Source: Thermodesulfobacteriota bacterium
GTDB taxonomy: Bacteria; Desulfobacterota_D; UBA1144
Direction of reading: 5' to 3'
Length of the DNA stretch: 64,000 nucleotides
Assembly (NCBI GenBank): GCA_036340075.1
Contig: JAYYZJ010000008.1
Span: 1-64,000 of the forward strand
Part shown: positions 1 to 10,117 of the stretch, piece after piece
Layout of the letters: each line of letters opens with the position of its first letter
How positions within the stretch are numbered: position 1 is the stretch's first letter
Position numbers and translations under genes: made by a program
The notes under the pieces: generated by a model
The model's input: only the letters and a program-made list of their open reading frames with translations
The model's database searches: none
What the model was told of the DNA's origin: nothing

Positions 1-413
1 TCCATTGCTTTAGCAAAATTAAGATTGTCTGTTATATAGGGTAGAACTTTGAATCCTCTATCAATGAGCTGTTCGGCAGCTTTTATTGTTCCTCTTGTCG
101 AAGGCTTTAGTGTTGACTTGTTTTCAATAACTTCAAGCTTAATTAAATTCGTTTTGAATAGTTCTCTTGCCATCTCAGCTGTTGCTATTGCTTCTTTTGC
201 TGAAAAGCAACCCGCTGTATTTGGCAAAATATGACACTTGGTTTTTTTTATTATTTTTAAAAAGTCTTCGCTTTCTGGTACCAATCTTCTTACTGCTACA
301 GTTATCATTCTTGTTCCAGATTTTTTTATACAATTTTGAAAGATTTTCGGAGTAGGATATTTAGATGAGCCTAATATGATATTGCTACCAAGTTTGATAT
401 TATAAATTTTCAT
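1..413 (-). CDS. thiG: Thiazole synthase ThiG (5' part; runs off the left edge)
   Basis: Not in the ORF track. Hand translation from ATG at 413 gives MKIYNIKLGSNIILGSSKYP...ITVAVRR...ILPNTAGCFSAKEAIATAEMARE...IKLEVI, the ThiG signature. Directly downstream of thiS. Confidence 0.93.
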   Translation of the reverse strand, partial: MKIYNIKLGSNIILGSSKYPTPKIFQNCIKKSGTRMITVAVRRLVPESEDFLKIIKKTKCHILPNTAGCFSAKEAIATAEMARELFKTNLIKLEVIENKSTLKPSTRGTIKAAEQLIDRGFKVLPYITDNLNFAKAM

Positions 414-415
414 TA

Positions 416-619
416 TTAACCACCAGGATGAGCAGTTACTACCTCAATTTCATCACCATTGGTTATTGAAGTAACTTTGTATTTAGATTTAGATATAAAT
501 TCTCCATTTACAGCAACTGCAAAATTTACTTTAGAAGAAAAATGTTCTTTTAAAAATTTGTATAGATTCATTTCCTTTTCCAACTTAATCCTTTCACCAT
601 TTAATATTATTTTAAACAT
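416..619 (-). CDS. thiS: Sulfur carrier protein ThiS
   Basis: 67 aa, AVAVNGEFI...GDEIEVV, C-terminal GG; adjacent to thiG. Confidence 0.93.
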   Translation of the reverse strand: MFKIILNGERIKLEKEMNLYKFLKEHFSSKVNFAVAVNGEFISKSKYKVTSITNGDEIEVVTAHPGG

Positions 620-674
620 TAATAAATATAATTTAACCTAATTAGAACTTGATTTATATGATATATTTTTAGTA

Positions 675-2177
675 ATGTCCCTATCAATTTTCAGTTCACT
701 GCTTTCGAAATTGATTATTATCCTTGTTGGCCTAGGATTGATAATTACTTTAGGAGTAGACTCAGACCTTACAGGACTTGGAATGTCTGATGATGTAGTT
801 GCTGAGATTAATGGAAACGATATATCCAAAGAAGAGTTTCTTTATTTTAAAAGTATGCGACTTTCTCAATTACCAAAAAATGTAGTTAAAGATCAAGAAT
901 CAATTCAAATAATAAATAAGCAAGTAATTTATATGATAGCGACCAGGAAAGCGTTGGCTATGAAAGCTCAAGAGCAGGGATTGACTGTTTCAGAAAACGA
1001 GATAAAGAAAAATATTACCAATAGCGTTTTGTTTCAGGAAAATGGTCGATTTATTGGACTTGAGAATTACAAGAGAAGAATCAAAGAAGTTTTTAATCTC
1101 AGTGAAGAATCATTTGAGCAAATTCTTAGAGAAGAAGCATTAAATGATAAGCTCAAAAATTTTCTCTTTAATTTTATTAGTATTTCAAAAGATGATATTT
1201 TAAAACAATATTTTTTGGATTCGACAAAAATAACTTTTTATAAAATAATTCCAAGAGTCGATAAAACTGACTTGCCAGATTTTTCAGAACAAGATATTGA
1301 GAATTTCATTAAAATCAACCAAGATACGGGAAATGAAAGTAAGACTATTTATAAAGTTTTTGCTATAGATTACAAAGATATTACAAGTGATATATCAATC
1401 TCCAAGGAAGACATTAGAAATTATTTAGATAATTATCCTGATGAAGCTGAGGAAGATGAAGAAAAGATTAAAGATTTAATAAGAAAGCGTGTTGCTGATA
1501 GTTTGTTTGATGAGAAATTAGTTGAATTGAACGAAGAAATAAATAGTACGAGTTTTAACGAGGTTGCACGAAAATATAACAAAAGCAAAAAAGTTAACAA
1601 GCTTATTTTATTAAGGCCCACTGGTGAATTTCCTAAGGCTTTAGTTGACAAATTGAGGAAAGATTCTACAAAAATTGGGATGTCCGAAGTTTATTTCTTT
1701 GAAGACAAGATATGGGTGGTTTCATCAGAATCATATTCTAATAATAAAGAAAATGCTATCAAAAAAATGACAGAGATTGCTTTGAACGAAGCAAAAAATG
1801 CACTTCTCGAGACTTTATTGGATGAATCACAAAATTCCGAAGACTTAATTTCGTCTATTAAGACTGACAATAATTTTCTTTATGAATTTAAATATGATAT
1901 TAGCCTAAGAGAATTTAGAAGAATTATAGGGTACAGCATTAAAGTTTCTGAATTGCCGGATAAAGATACTTTTTTAAAGAGAGTTTGGGGTGAAGATGAG
2001 AAGTTTGTGATATTTGTAGAAAGAGTGAGAAAACCAGATGGTGAATTTATTTCGTTTGATGAACCCAGAATAAAAAAGGCTCTGCTGATAGAAAAAAGAA
2101 GTATGTTTTATCAACAATTTACTAATGATTTGATGGAAAAAACCCAAATAAAACTAAATGACAAGTATTTTCAATAA
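675..2177 (+). CDS. SurA N-terminal domain / PpiD-like membrane-anchored periplasmic chaperone
   Basis: N-terminal TM helix, VAEINGNDIS, AQEQGLTVSENEIK, FQENGRF as in PpiD. No recognisable parvulin motif. Confidence 0.7.
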   Translation: MSLSIFSSLLSKLIIILVGLGLIITLGVDSDLTGLGMSDDVVAEINGNDISKEEFLYFKSMRLSQLPKNVVKDQESIQIINKQVIYMIATRKALAMKAQEQGLTVSENEIKKNITNSVLFQENGRFIGLENYKRRIKEVFNLSEESFEQILREEALNDKLKNFLFNFISISKDDILKQYFLDSTKITFYKIIPRVDKTDLPDFSEQDIENFIKINQDTGNESKTIYKVFAIDYKDITSDISISKEDIRNYLDNYPDEAEEDEEKIKDLIRKRVADSLFDEKLVELNEEINSTSFNEVARKYNKSKKVNKLILLRPTGEFPKALVDKLRKDSTKIGMSEVYFFEDKIWVVSSESYSNNKENAIKKMTEIALNEAKNALLETLLDESQNSEDLISSIKTDNNFLYEFKYDISLREFRRIIGYSIKVSELPDKDTFLKRVWGEDEKFVIFVERVRKPDGEFISFDEPRIKKALLIEKRSMFYQQFTNDLMEKTQIKLNDKYFQ

Positions 2178-2237
2178 CACAGTCTAAGTTTATTACTGCC
2201 TTTACTTGGAAACTATATTGATTTATTATTGCTAAAA

Positions 2238-5183
2238 ATGAGGATTAAGGCTTTATCCATAAGAGGATTCAAGACTTTCTATGAAAGGTCGTTAGTTGAA
2301 TTCGATTCTGAAATTTCTGCCATTGTAGGACCGAATGGCTGCGGTAAAACAAATATATTAGATGCTTTTCGATGGGTTTTAGGAGAACAAAATCCTAGAA
2401 TATTACGATCTGACTCAATGGCCCAAATTATTTCTGATGGGAACGACAATTTGTCAAAGCAAGGTTTTGCTGAAGTTTCTTTGTTGATAGAAGAAGATAA
2501 TAATGACTTTGTTGAGACAGAAATAAAAAGAAAGCTTTTTAGAAATGGAGAAAGTGAATACCTCATTAATAATCAAGTTTGTAGATTGAAAGACATTAAA
2601 GATATTGTTTTATCTTTTGGTGCAGGATCGAAAAGTTTTACGATGATACCACAAGGACAAATTGAAACTTATATAACATCAAAACCAGAGGAAAAAAGAC
2701 AACTGATTGATGAAGCAGCAGGATTAGCAAAATATAAAGTTAGGAGAGCGGAAACAGAAAGAAAGATTTTATTAATCAAGGATAATGTTGAAAAAACTCG
2801 ATATGTACAATCAGAAGTAAAAGAACAGAAAGAAGTATTAGCCGAACAAGCTTCAAAAGCAGAAGAGTATTCAGATTTGGTGCAAGAATATAAAAATCTT
2901 GAGGCTATTTTCTACAAAAGTCGTTACAAAGACTTAAATGGCAAACTAACTTTAGCACAAGCAGATAAAGATTTATTCCAAAAAAGTTTTGATGAAATAG
3001 AGAGCGAGAAAAACAATCTTAAACATAAGATTAAGGAAATTGCTTCAGACAAAAATAAGATTAACGAAAAGCTGGAAGAATTTAACAATAAAATGCTTAT
3101 AAATAAAGAAGGTGAACTAAAACTTATATCAAGTAGAGATATATTAACCATAGAAACAAAATTATTAATTGAAGAACTAGAAAGATGCAAAAATGAAAAG
3201 AATGAAATCAACATAGAGATGGATTCACTAGGTCAAGAAATCAGAGATTTGGAAAAAAATTATCATGCTGCAGACAATGGTCTAAGTGTAAAAAATCAAT
3301 TAGAACTCGAGAATATTAAGAGAAAATGTATTATTAGCAAGCAAGAAGAAACAGACAAGCTAAAAAAGATTCAGGAGGATTTACAGGTAGCAAACAAGAA
3401 ATTTGCTGAATTAAATGCTGAAATCAAAGTTACAGAATCTAGAATGAAATTTTTAGAAAACGTTGAATCTTCTTATGGGTGGCTACCAGAAGGAATTAGG
3501 AGCTTTGTTCAGAATTTAAAAGGTCGAGATATAGATGGGATTCTTTCAGATTATATAAAACCAAATGATGGATATAAGAAGGCTGTTGAATCCGCTTTAG
3601 GAGAAAAATTAAAATGGATTCTAATTAATGATAAAAGAGATGCAGTAAGTACTATAGAAGAATTTAAAAGAAATTGTGATGGGAAAGGTACTTTTATATC
3701 TTTAGGTTATACAAAAATTGCTGGTGCAAATACTAGCTTAGATTATAAACAAATAATGGACTGTATTGATTGTCATACAGAGAACAGACCTTTTCTTGCA
3801 TCTATCTTTGGTGATACTTATGTTGTTGAAACTATTAAAGATGCGTTAAATGCTAGAGATGAAAATCCAGGATGTAATTTTGTTACTAAAGATGGAGAAT
3901 TTTTTGATGCAAATGGTTCGATAACAGTAGGCTCTGCTCCTGACAGTATTTTGCAAATCAAGGAAGAAATTAAAGAGCTTATGACTCAAAAGGACTCATA
4001 TGATAAAGAAATTGATTTAATTACATTGGACATAAAAAAGACCGAGGAAGAAATATTTGATATAAATAATAGAATAGCGTCTTTTAATAATGAAATTGAT
4101 ACCACAACAAAATACCAATCTTCTGGGATAGGTAAAATTAACGATAAAATAAAAAAAATTAATGAAAAAGCTAACCTTACAACCTCAAGGATGTCAGAAT
4201 TAGAAGACAAGATTGAAACTAATAAGAAAAACCTTAGCGAACTTGACAGGCAACTCCCTGATATGAATTCGGAAAGAGATATTATTAGTAATGAAATTAT
4301 TGAATTGAATACACGCATCAAAATCAATAATTCAGAAATTGAGACTTTAAATAATAAAATACTCGAAAAAGATGAAATTGTTGATCAAAAACGTTCTGAA
4401 TCATTAGAATATGAAGCTAGAATTCAAAAAATTAAATTAGAAATAGATCAATTAATTGAAAGCGTCAATGATAAAAACATAGATATATCAAGAATAAGTT
4501 CTGACGAAGAAGATAAAATAGAGACTTTAAGAAAAGAAGGGAGTCTTTCAAAAGCTAGATTTAACAGATTGCAAAAAGCTATAGAAGAGTTTGGTCCAGT
4601 TAATTTATTAGCACCAGATGAATACAAGAAATTGCAAGAAAAGTATGATTTTATTGATTCTCAATTACTAGATTTAGATTCATCTTTAATTAATCTCGAA
4701 AAGACAATTAAGAAAATTGACGAAGAGTCTAGAACTGCCTTTATTGATGCTTTTGATAAGATTAGTGCGAAATATAATGAATCTGTAAAGAGATTATTTG
4801 GAGGAGGAGAAGGTAAGCTTGTATTAACTAATCCTGATTCTATAGAACATTCAGGAATTGAAGTAATGTTAAAAATAGGATTAAAGAAATATAGAACCTT
4901 GAAATCATATTCAGGAGGAGAAAGAGCTCTAGCCGGTATAGCTTTGTTGTTATCCGCATATTTTGTTAAGCCAGCGCCCTTCCTTTTGCTTGATGAAGTT
5001 GACGCACCGTTGGATGATAGAAATATATCTAAATTTGGAGAAATTCTTCAAGAGATTTCACAAAAGTCTCAAATTGCAATAATTACACATAATAAAGGGA
5101 CTATGAAATATTGTAAAAAACTTATTGGTGTTACATCGAAACTTGAAGGTATAAGCGAAATTGTTCCGGTAGAATTATCCTAA
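2238..5183 (+). CDS. smc: Chromosome partition protein Smc (short-armed)
   Basis: MRIKALSIRGFKTF start, Walker A GPNGCGKTN, Q-loop IPQGQI, central hinge, signature YSGGE, Walker B LLLDEVDAPLD. ATG at 2238 preferred over TTG at 2229. Confidence 0.92.
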   Translation: MRIKALSIRGFKTFYERSLVEFDSEISAIVGPNGCGKTNILDAFRWVLGEQNPRILRSDSMAQIISDGNDNLSKQGFAEVSLLIEEDNNDFVETEIKRKLFRNGESEYLINNQVCRLKDIKDIVLSFGAGSKSFTMIPQGQIETYITSKPEEKRQLIDEAAGLAKYKVRRAETERKILLIKDNVEKTRYVQSEVKEQKEVLAEQASKAEEYSDLVQEYKNLEAIFYKSRYKDLNGKLTLAQADKDLFQKSFDEIESEKNNLKHKIKEIASDKNKINEKLEEFNNKMLINKEGELKLISSRDILTIETKLLIEELERCKNEKNEINIEMDSLGQEIRDLEKNYHAADNGLSVKNQLELENIKRKCIISKQEETDKLKKIQEDLQVANKKFAELNAEIKVTESRMKFLENVESSYGWLPEGIRSFVQNLKGRDIDGILSDYIKPNDGYKKAVESALGEKLKWILINDKRDAVSTIEEFKRNCDGKGTFISLGYTKIAGANTSLDYKQIMDCIDCHTENRPFLASIFGDTYVVETIKDALNARDENPGCNFVTKDGEFFDANGSITVGSAPDSILQIKEEIKELMTQKDSYDKEIDLITLDIKKTEEEIFDINNRIASFNNEIDTTTKYQSSGIGKINDKIKKINEKANLTTSRMSELEDKIETNKKNLSELDRQLPDMNSERDIISNEIIELNTRIKINNSEIETLNNKILEKDEIVDQKRSESLEYEARIQKIKLEIDQLIESVNDKNIDISRISSDEEDKIETLRKEGSLSKARFNRLQKAIEEFGPVNLLAPDEYKKLQEKYDFIDSQLLDLDSSLINLEKTIKKIDEESRTAFIDAFDKISAKYNESVKRLFGGGEGKLVLTNPDSIEHSGIEVMLKIGLKKYRTLKSYSGGERALAGIALLLSAYFVKPAPFLLLDEVDAPLDDRNISKFGEILQEISQKSQIAIITHNKGTMKYCKKLIGVTSKLEGISEIVPVELS

Positions 5184-5204
5184 TAGGCCTAAGCCTTAGT
5201 AGTA

Positions 5205-7856
5205 ATGATAAAAAATATAATAAAAAAGATTTTTGGTTCTGACAATGAGAGAGAATTATCAAGAATTGGACAAATAATAGAGAAGACTAATGAATTAGAA
5301 GAAGAGTATTCTAAAAAGACTCCCGAAGAATTAAAGCAAACTTTTTTAACTTTTAAAAATAATTTTTCTGAAGATGATGATTTAGATAAAATTGTACCGG
5401 AAATCTTTGCTTTGGTGCGAGAAGCATCTAAGAAAAATCTTGGATTACGACCTTATGATGTTCAGCTTGTAGGAGGTGTAGTTTTGCACGAGGGCAAAAT
5501 AGCTGAGATGAAAACAGGAGAAGGGAAAACTTTGGTTGCATGTATGCCTGTAGTTCTTAATTCTATACGAAGTAAAGGAGTACATATTATAACGGTGAAT
5601 GATTATTTGGCTAGAAGAGATGCATTGTGGATGTCCCCCGTTTACAAAGCTTTTGATTTGAAAGTAGGAGTATTAAATAATGATCAATCATATATTGTTG
5701 AATTAGATAAGGAGCAAAATGAATTCAAACTAATTGAGTCGAAAAGAAACGAAGTTTATAAATCGGATGTTGTGTATGGCACTAACAGTGAGTTTGGTTT
5801 TGATTACTTAAGGGATAATATGAAATATTCTTTAGAAGAAGTATCACAAAGAGGCCATTCTTTTGCTATTGTAGATGAAGTTGATAGCATCTTGATTGAT
5901 GAAGCCAGAACGCCTTTAATTATCTCAGGCCCTACAGATAGTTCTACAATTGACTATAAAAAAATAAATGAAGTTGCAAAAAGTCTTTTACTTGAAGATA
6001 TATCTAAAGATGAGAAGACTAAACAAGTTTTTATTCTTGATACTGGAACAGAAAAAATTGAAAAAAATATGAATTTAACCAATCTTTATGATCCAAAAAA
6101 TCTTGCCATACTTCATTCTATAAACCAAGCTCTTAGAGCTTTGCATATGTATACAAAAGATAAGGACTATGTAGTTCAAGATGAAAAGATAATAATTGTT
6201 GATGAATTCACCGGTAGATTAATGCCAAGTAGAAGATGGAGCGATGGACTTCATCAAGCTGTAGAAGTAAAAGAAAATGTAAAAATAGAAGAGGAAAATC
6301 AAACACTTGCATCTATTACAATTCAAAACTATTTCAGGATGTATGAAAAGTTGGCAGGTATGACAGGTACAGCTGATACGGAAGCACTAGAGTTTCAAAA
6401 TATTTACAATCTTAAAGTAGTTGTTATTCCTACAAATGCTCCAATGATAAGAAAAGATTATAATGATTTAATTTACAAAACCGAAAAAGAAAAATTCTCT
6501 GCAATTATTGAAAAGATAGTTGAATACCACTCTAGAGGAAACCCAGTTTTAGTGGGAACAATCTCTGTTGAGAGATCAGAAGATCTTAGTAAAGAATTGA
6601 GGGAAAGAAGCATTAAACACCAAGTTTTAAATGCAAAAAACCATGAATTTGAGGCTGAAGTTATTGCACAAGCCGGTAGATCAGGTGCGGTAACTATTGC
6701 AACAAATATGGCAGGAAGAGGTACTGACATAGTGTTGGGTGGGAACAAAGACTTTTTGATTAAGAATAAAGAAAATGGGTCAGAAGAAGATGTTTCGAAC
6801 CTTATTCAGAAAGAGAAGAACCAAATACTTGATTTAGATGGACTAGTTGTTTTAGGAAGCGAAAGACATGAATCTAGAAGAATTGACAATCAATTAAGAG
6901 GAAGAGCTGGAAGACAAGGTGATCCCGGAGTAAGCCAGTTCTTTGTTTCGATGGATGATGACTTGATGAGACTATTCGGATCAGAAAGAATTTCATCTAT
7001 GATGTCAAAATTAGGATGGAAAGAGGGAGAACCAATAGAGCACAAGATGATATCTGGCTCAATAGAAGGGGCACAAAAAAAAGTAGAGACAAGAAATTAC
7101 GAGATAAGAAAACATTTAATTGAATATGATGATGTGCAGAGCCAACAGAGAGAAGTTGTTTATGGAATCAGGAATAAGCTTCTAAAGGAAGAAGCATCTT
7201 CTGAAATCCTAAGCAATATACTGGAGAATATTATAGAAAGTTTAAAAAATAGTAACCCAGATTTAAAAGAAATATCAGAAGAAGATAGTCATCTAATAGC
7301 AAACCAATTAGGTTTTAATTTAGAAGAAAAATTTAATACTTTATCAGAACTTGAAGACATAATTCAAAAGAAGATTGAAAATAAAATAGAATCTCTCGGA
7401 GAACTTTATCAGCCAATCTCAAGGTTTATTCTTATTACCACACTTGATATGTCCTGGAAGGAGCATTTACTAAGTATGGATTATCTCCGAGAAAGCGTTG
7501 GGTTAAGAGCATATGGTCAAAAAAATCCATTAAGAGAATATAAGAAAGAAGGATTCGAAATGTTCCAAGCTATGATTGATGGATTCAATTTTGAAGCAGT
7601 TAAGCGATTTCTTGAAGTGGAGCCAGTTTCTTCTGAAGAGATTGACGAATTAGAGAAGCAGAAGAATCAAAATGATGAAGTAAAATATTTAGATGATTCT
7701 TCGATAATTGATGCAGAAGAAGTTGAGCAAGAAGAACCAAAAGAAGAGGATAATACAAAAAGAAACCAAACAAGGGCTAATTCAGAAAAAGAAAAAGCAA
7801 AGAGAAGAAAATTGCAAAAACAAAAGAGACAACAAAGGAAAAAGCAAAGAAAATGA
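5205..7856 (+). CDS. secA: Preprotein translocase ATPase SecA
   Basis: AEMKTGEGKT, DEVDSILIDEARTPLIISG, ATNMAGRGTDI, QLRGRAGRQGDPG. Confidence 0.98.
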   Translation: MIKNIIKKIFGSDNERELSRIGQIIEKTNELEEEYSKKTPEELKQTFLTFKNNFSEDDDLDKIVPEIFALVREASKKNLGLRPYDVQLVGGVVLHEGKIAEMKTGEGKTLVACMPVVLNSIRSKGVHIITVNDYLARRDALWMSPVYKAFDLKVGVLNNDQSYIVELDKEQNEFKLIESKRNEVYKSDVVYGTNSEFGFDYLRDNMKYSLEEVSQRGHSFAIVDEVDSILIDEARTPLIISGPTDSSTIDYKKINEVAKSLLLEDISKDEKTKQVFILDTGTEKIEKNMNLTNLYDPKNLAILHSINQALRALHMYTKDKDYVVQDEKIIIVDEFTGRLMPSRRWSDGLHQAVEVKENVKIEEENQTLASITIQNYFRMYEKLAGMTGTADTEALEFQNIYNLKVVVIPTNAPMIRKDYNDLIYKTEKEKFSAIIEKIVEYHSRGNPVLVGTISVERSEDLSKELRERSIKHQVLNAKNHEFEAEVIAQAGRSGAVTIATNMAGRGTDIVLGGNKDFLIKNKENGSEEDVSNLIQKEKNQILDLDGLVVLGSERHESRRIDNQLRGRAGRQGDPGVSQFFVSMDDDLMRLFGSERISSMMSKLGWKEGEPIEHKMISGSIEGAQKKVETRNYEIRKHLIEYDDVQSQQREVVYGIRNKLLKEEASSEILSNILENIIESLKNSNPDLKEISEEDSHLIANQLGFNLEEKFNTLSELEDIIQKKIENKIESLGELYQPISRFILITTLDMSWKEHLLSMDYLRESVGLRAYGQKNPLREYKKEGFEMFQAMIDGFNFEAVKRFLEVEPVSSEEIDELEKQKNQNDEVKYLDDSSIIDAEEVEQEEPKEEDNTKRNQTRANSEKEKAKRRKLQKQKRQQRKKQRK

Positions 7857-8074
7857 GTAGGAATTTAAAATTAGTTATTACATCAATTTTAAGTGTAGTT
7901 ATACTAATTGCACTTACTGGCTTCTTTGCCTTAGCATTTCTAGGAATACTAATAATCTATTTTATTCTGAGATTCTACAAAAAAGTAAAACCTTCTAAGA
8001 AAAAGAAAGTCGATAAAGAAAACAAAGAAAATAAATATGTTGATATCGATGAAGACGATTACACGATAGACTAA
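7853..8074 (+). CDS. Small membrane protein, unknown function
   Basis: ATGA overlap with secA stop; long hydrophobic segment, then a basic stretch and an acidic C-terminus. Confidence 0.6.
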   Translation: MSRNLKLVITSILSVVILIALTGFFALAFLGILIIYFILRFYKKVKPSKKKKVDKENKENKYVDIDEDDYTID

Positions 8075-8349
8075 ATATCATCTATGGCATCAGCTAGTTT
8101 TGTATCTAATTTGGTAATCCCGTTTGCTGAGTGAGTCGATAAAAAAATTTCAACTCTATTATAAGTATTGTGAATTGTAGGATGATGATTCATTTTTTCT
8201 GCCTCTAGGGAGACTTGGATTATGAATCCCACAGCGTCTGAAAAATTTGAAAAAACAAATCTTTTATATAGATGTTTTTTCTTTATACTCCAAGTTGGTG
8301 ATAATTTTTTAATCTCACTATCAGTTATTTTCTTTGGTTTTACAGCCAT
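8071..8349 (-). CDS. phhB: Pterin-4-alpha-carbinolamine dehydratase
   Basis: AEKMNHHP...YNRVEIFLSTHSANGITKLD motif. Confidence 0.9.
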   Translation of the reverse strand: MAVKPKKITDSEIKKLSPTWSIKKKHLYKRFVFSNFSDAVGFIIQVSLEAEKMNHHPTIHNTYNRVEIFLSTHSANGITKLDTKLADAIDDI

Positions 8350-8409
8350 TATCTGAAAGATAAACAGAAATCATTAACAAGTCAAAAAAATAAATTAAAA
8401 TTAAAATTA

Positions 8410-8901
8410 ATGATTAATAAAATATTTCTCTCACTTGGATCAAACCAAGGAGACAAGATAAAAAATTTAAATTCGGCAATTATATCAATCAAAAAGTTTG
8501 CTGTAATAAACCATATCTCAAATTATTTTCTTTCAGAAGCTATTGATGTTAGGAAACAAGAAGATTTTATTAATATTGCCTTGGAAATATCAACTCAACT
8601 TTCAGCAGACGAACTATTGTTGTCTATCAAAGAAATTGAAGTTTCTATGGGAAGAGACATAACCAAAATAGGGGAACCAAGAGTTATTGATATAGATATA
8701 ATTTTTTACAATAATATTGTCTATAATACCAAAGATATTGAGATTCCTCATCCTAGAGCACATAAACGCGCATTCGTAATATACCCAATTTTAGAGATTG
8801 ATTCGAAATTTGTACATCCTGTGCTAAAAAAAACTATTCAAGAGATTTCAAATGAATTGCCGAGACAAAAGTTAGTCAAACTAGAGGACAAGATATATTG
8901 A
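8410..8901 (+). CDS. folK: 2-amino-4-hydroxy-6-hydroxymethyldihydropteridine diphosphokinase
   Basis: FLSLGSNQG, PRVIDIDII, IPHPRAHKRAFV. Confidence 0.95.
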   Translation: MINKIFLSLGSNQGDKIKNLNSAIISIKKFAVINHISNYFLSEAIDVRKQEDFINIALEISTQLSADELLLSIKEIEVSMGRDITKIGEPRVIDIDIIFYNNIVYNTKDIEIPHPRAHKRAFVIYPILEIDSKFVHPVLKKTIQEISNELPRQKLVKLEDKIY

Positions 8902-8910
8902 AAAAAATAA

Positions 8911-9264
8911 ATGAATGTATATCATTTTTTTATGACATCAGATATTGCTAAGTTCAAATTAGGCCAGGTAGTAAAACATAAAAAATTCTTCTTTAGAGGG
9001 ATAATATTTGATGTAGATCCAGTTTTTAATAATACAGAAGAATGGTATTTACGAATTCCGGAAGATAGAAGACCAGATAAGAATCAACCATTCTATCACT
9101 TGCTAGCTGAGAATGAAGACAAAACTACTTATGTTGCTTATGTTTCGCAACAAAATTTGGAAAATGATGATTCCAATGAGCCTTTCAATGATCCAACTGT
9201 CAAGCTACTGTTTGATGGCAACGATAAAGATGGAAACTATATAATTAAACAATCAACTAATTGA
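8911..9264 (+). CDS. hspQ: Heat shock protein HspQ / hemimethylated-DNA-binding YccV family
   Basis: AKFKLGQVVKHK..FRGIIFDVDP..QPFYHLLAE..AYVSQQNL. The start could be ATG at 8932. Confidence 0.88.
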   Translation: MNVYHFFMTSDIAKFKLGQVVKHKKFFFRGIIFDVDPVFNNTEEWYLRIPEDRRPDKNQPFYHLLAENEDKTTYVAYVSQQNLENDDSNEPFNDPTVKLLFDGNDKDGNYIIKQSTN

Positions 9265-10107
9265 ATTTTCTAGTGAAACCATTGTATTCCAAAGCAGCAT
9301 TGTTATTGTCATTGGACCAACCCCGCCAGGAACAGGAGTGATATAGCTACAAAGATCTTTTACATTTTCAAAATCTACATCACCCGCAAGTTTACCATTA
9401 TCTAATCTATTGATTCCTACATCAATAACAATGCACCCTTTTTTAACCATTTTCTTGGTAACAAAGTGAGCACGTCCTATTGCCGCAACAATGATATCTG
9501 CTTCTTTTAGAATTCCTTCTAAGTCTTTCGTTCTAGAATGACATATGGTAACTGTTGCATTTTTCTGGAGTAATAAAATGGATGCAGGTTTTCCAACTAT
9601 ATTGCTTCTTCCTAGGACAACAGCATTCTTTCCTTGAAGATCTATATTATAAAATTCAAACATTTTTATAATTCCATGAGGAGTGCAAGCTATAAATTTT
9701 GGTTCACCCTGAAATAAGAGACCAGCATTAACAGGATGAAACCCATCAACATCTTTCTCAGGTGAAACTGCTTTTAAAATTAAAGATTCATCTATATGGT
9801 TTGGTAAAGGAAGTTGCACCAAAATCCCATTAATCTTATCATTTCTATTTAAGTCATCAATAAGGTTCAAAAGTTCATCTTGGGTTGTTTCCTCTGGCAA
9901 CTTGTATTCTTCGGAATAAATACCTACATTCTCACAAGCTTTTCTTTTATTTCTAACATATATCTCTGAGGCCGCATTATCTCCAACTAAAACTGCAGCA
10001 AGCCCAGGGACTCTTGAATGCTCATTTAGAAGATTAGAAACTCGTTCTTTAATCTCTTCTCTTATACTATTGGAAACATGTTTTCCATCAATTAATTCAA
10101 AACTCAT
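9253..10107 (-). CDS. folD: Methylenetetrahydrofolate dehydrogenase/cyclohydrolase
   Basis: GILVQLPLP, KDVDGFHP, GRSNIVGKP, TPVPGGVGPMT. Confidence 0.98.
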   Translation of the reverse strand: MSFELIDGKHVSNSIREEIKERVSNLLNEHSRVPGLAAVLVGDNAASEIYVRNKRKACENVGIYSEEYKLPEETTQDELLNLIDDLNRNDKINGILVQLPLPNHIDESLILKAVSPEKDVDGFHPVNAGLLFQGEPKFIACTPHGIIKMFEFYNIDLQGKNAVVLGRSNIVGKPASILLLQKNATVTICHSRTKDLEGILKEADIIVAAIGRAHFVTKKMVKKGCIVIDVGINRLDNGKLAGDVDFENVKDLCSYITPVPGGVGPMTITMLLWNTMVSLENSIS

Positions 10108-10117
10108 AAATTATCTC

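Noticed and set aside
49..355. Plus-strand ORFs 49-234 and 167-355
   Set aside because: Antisense to thiG, which has clear family motifs.
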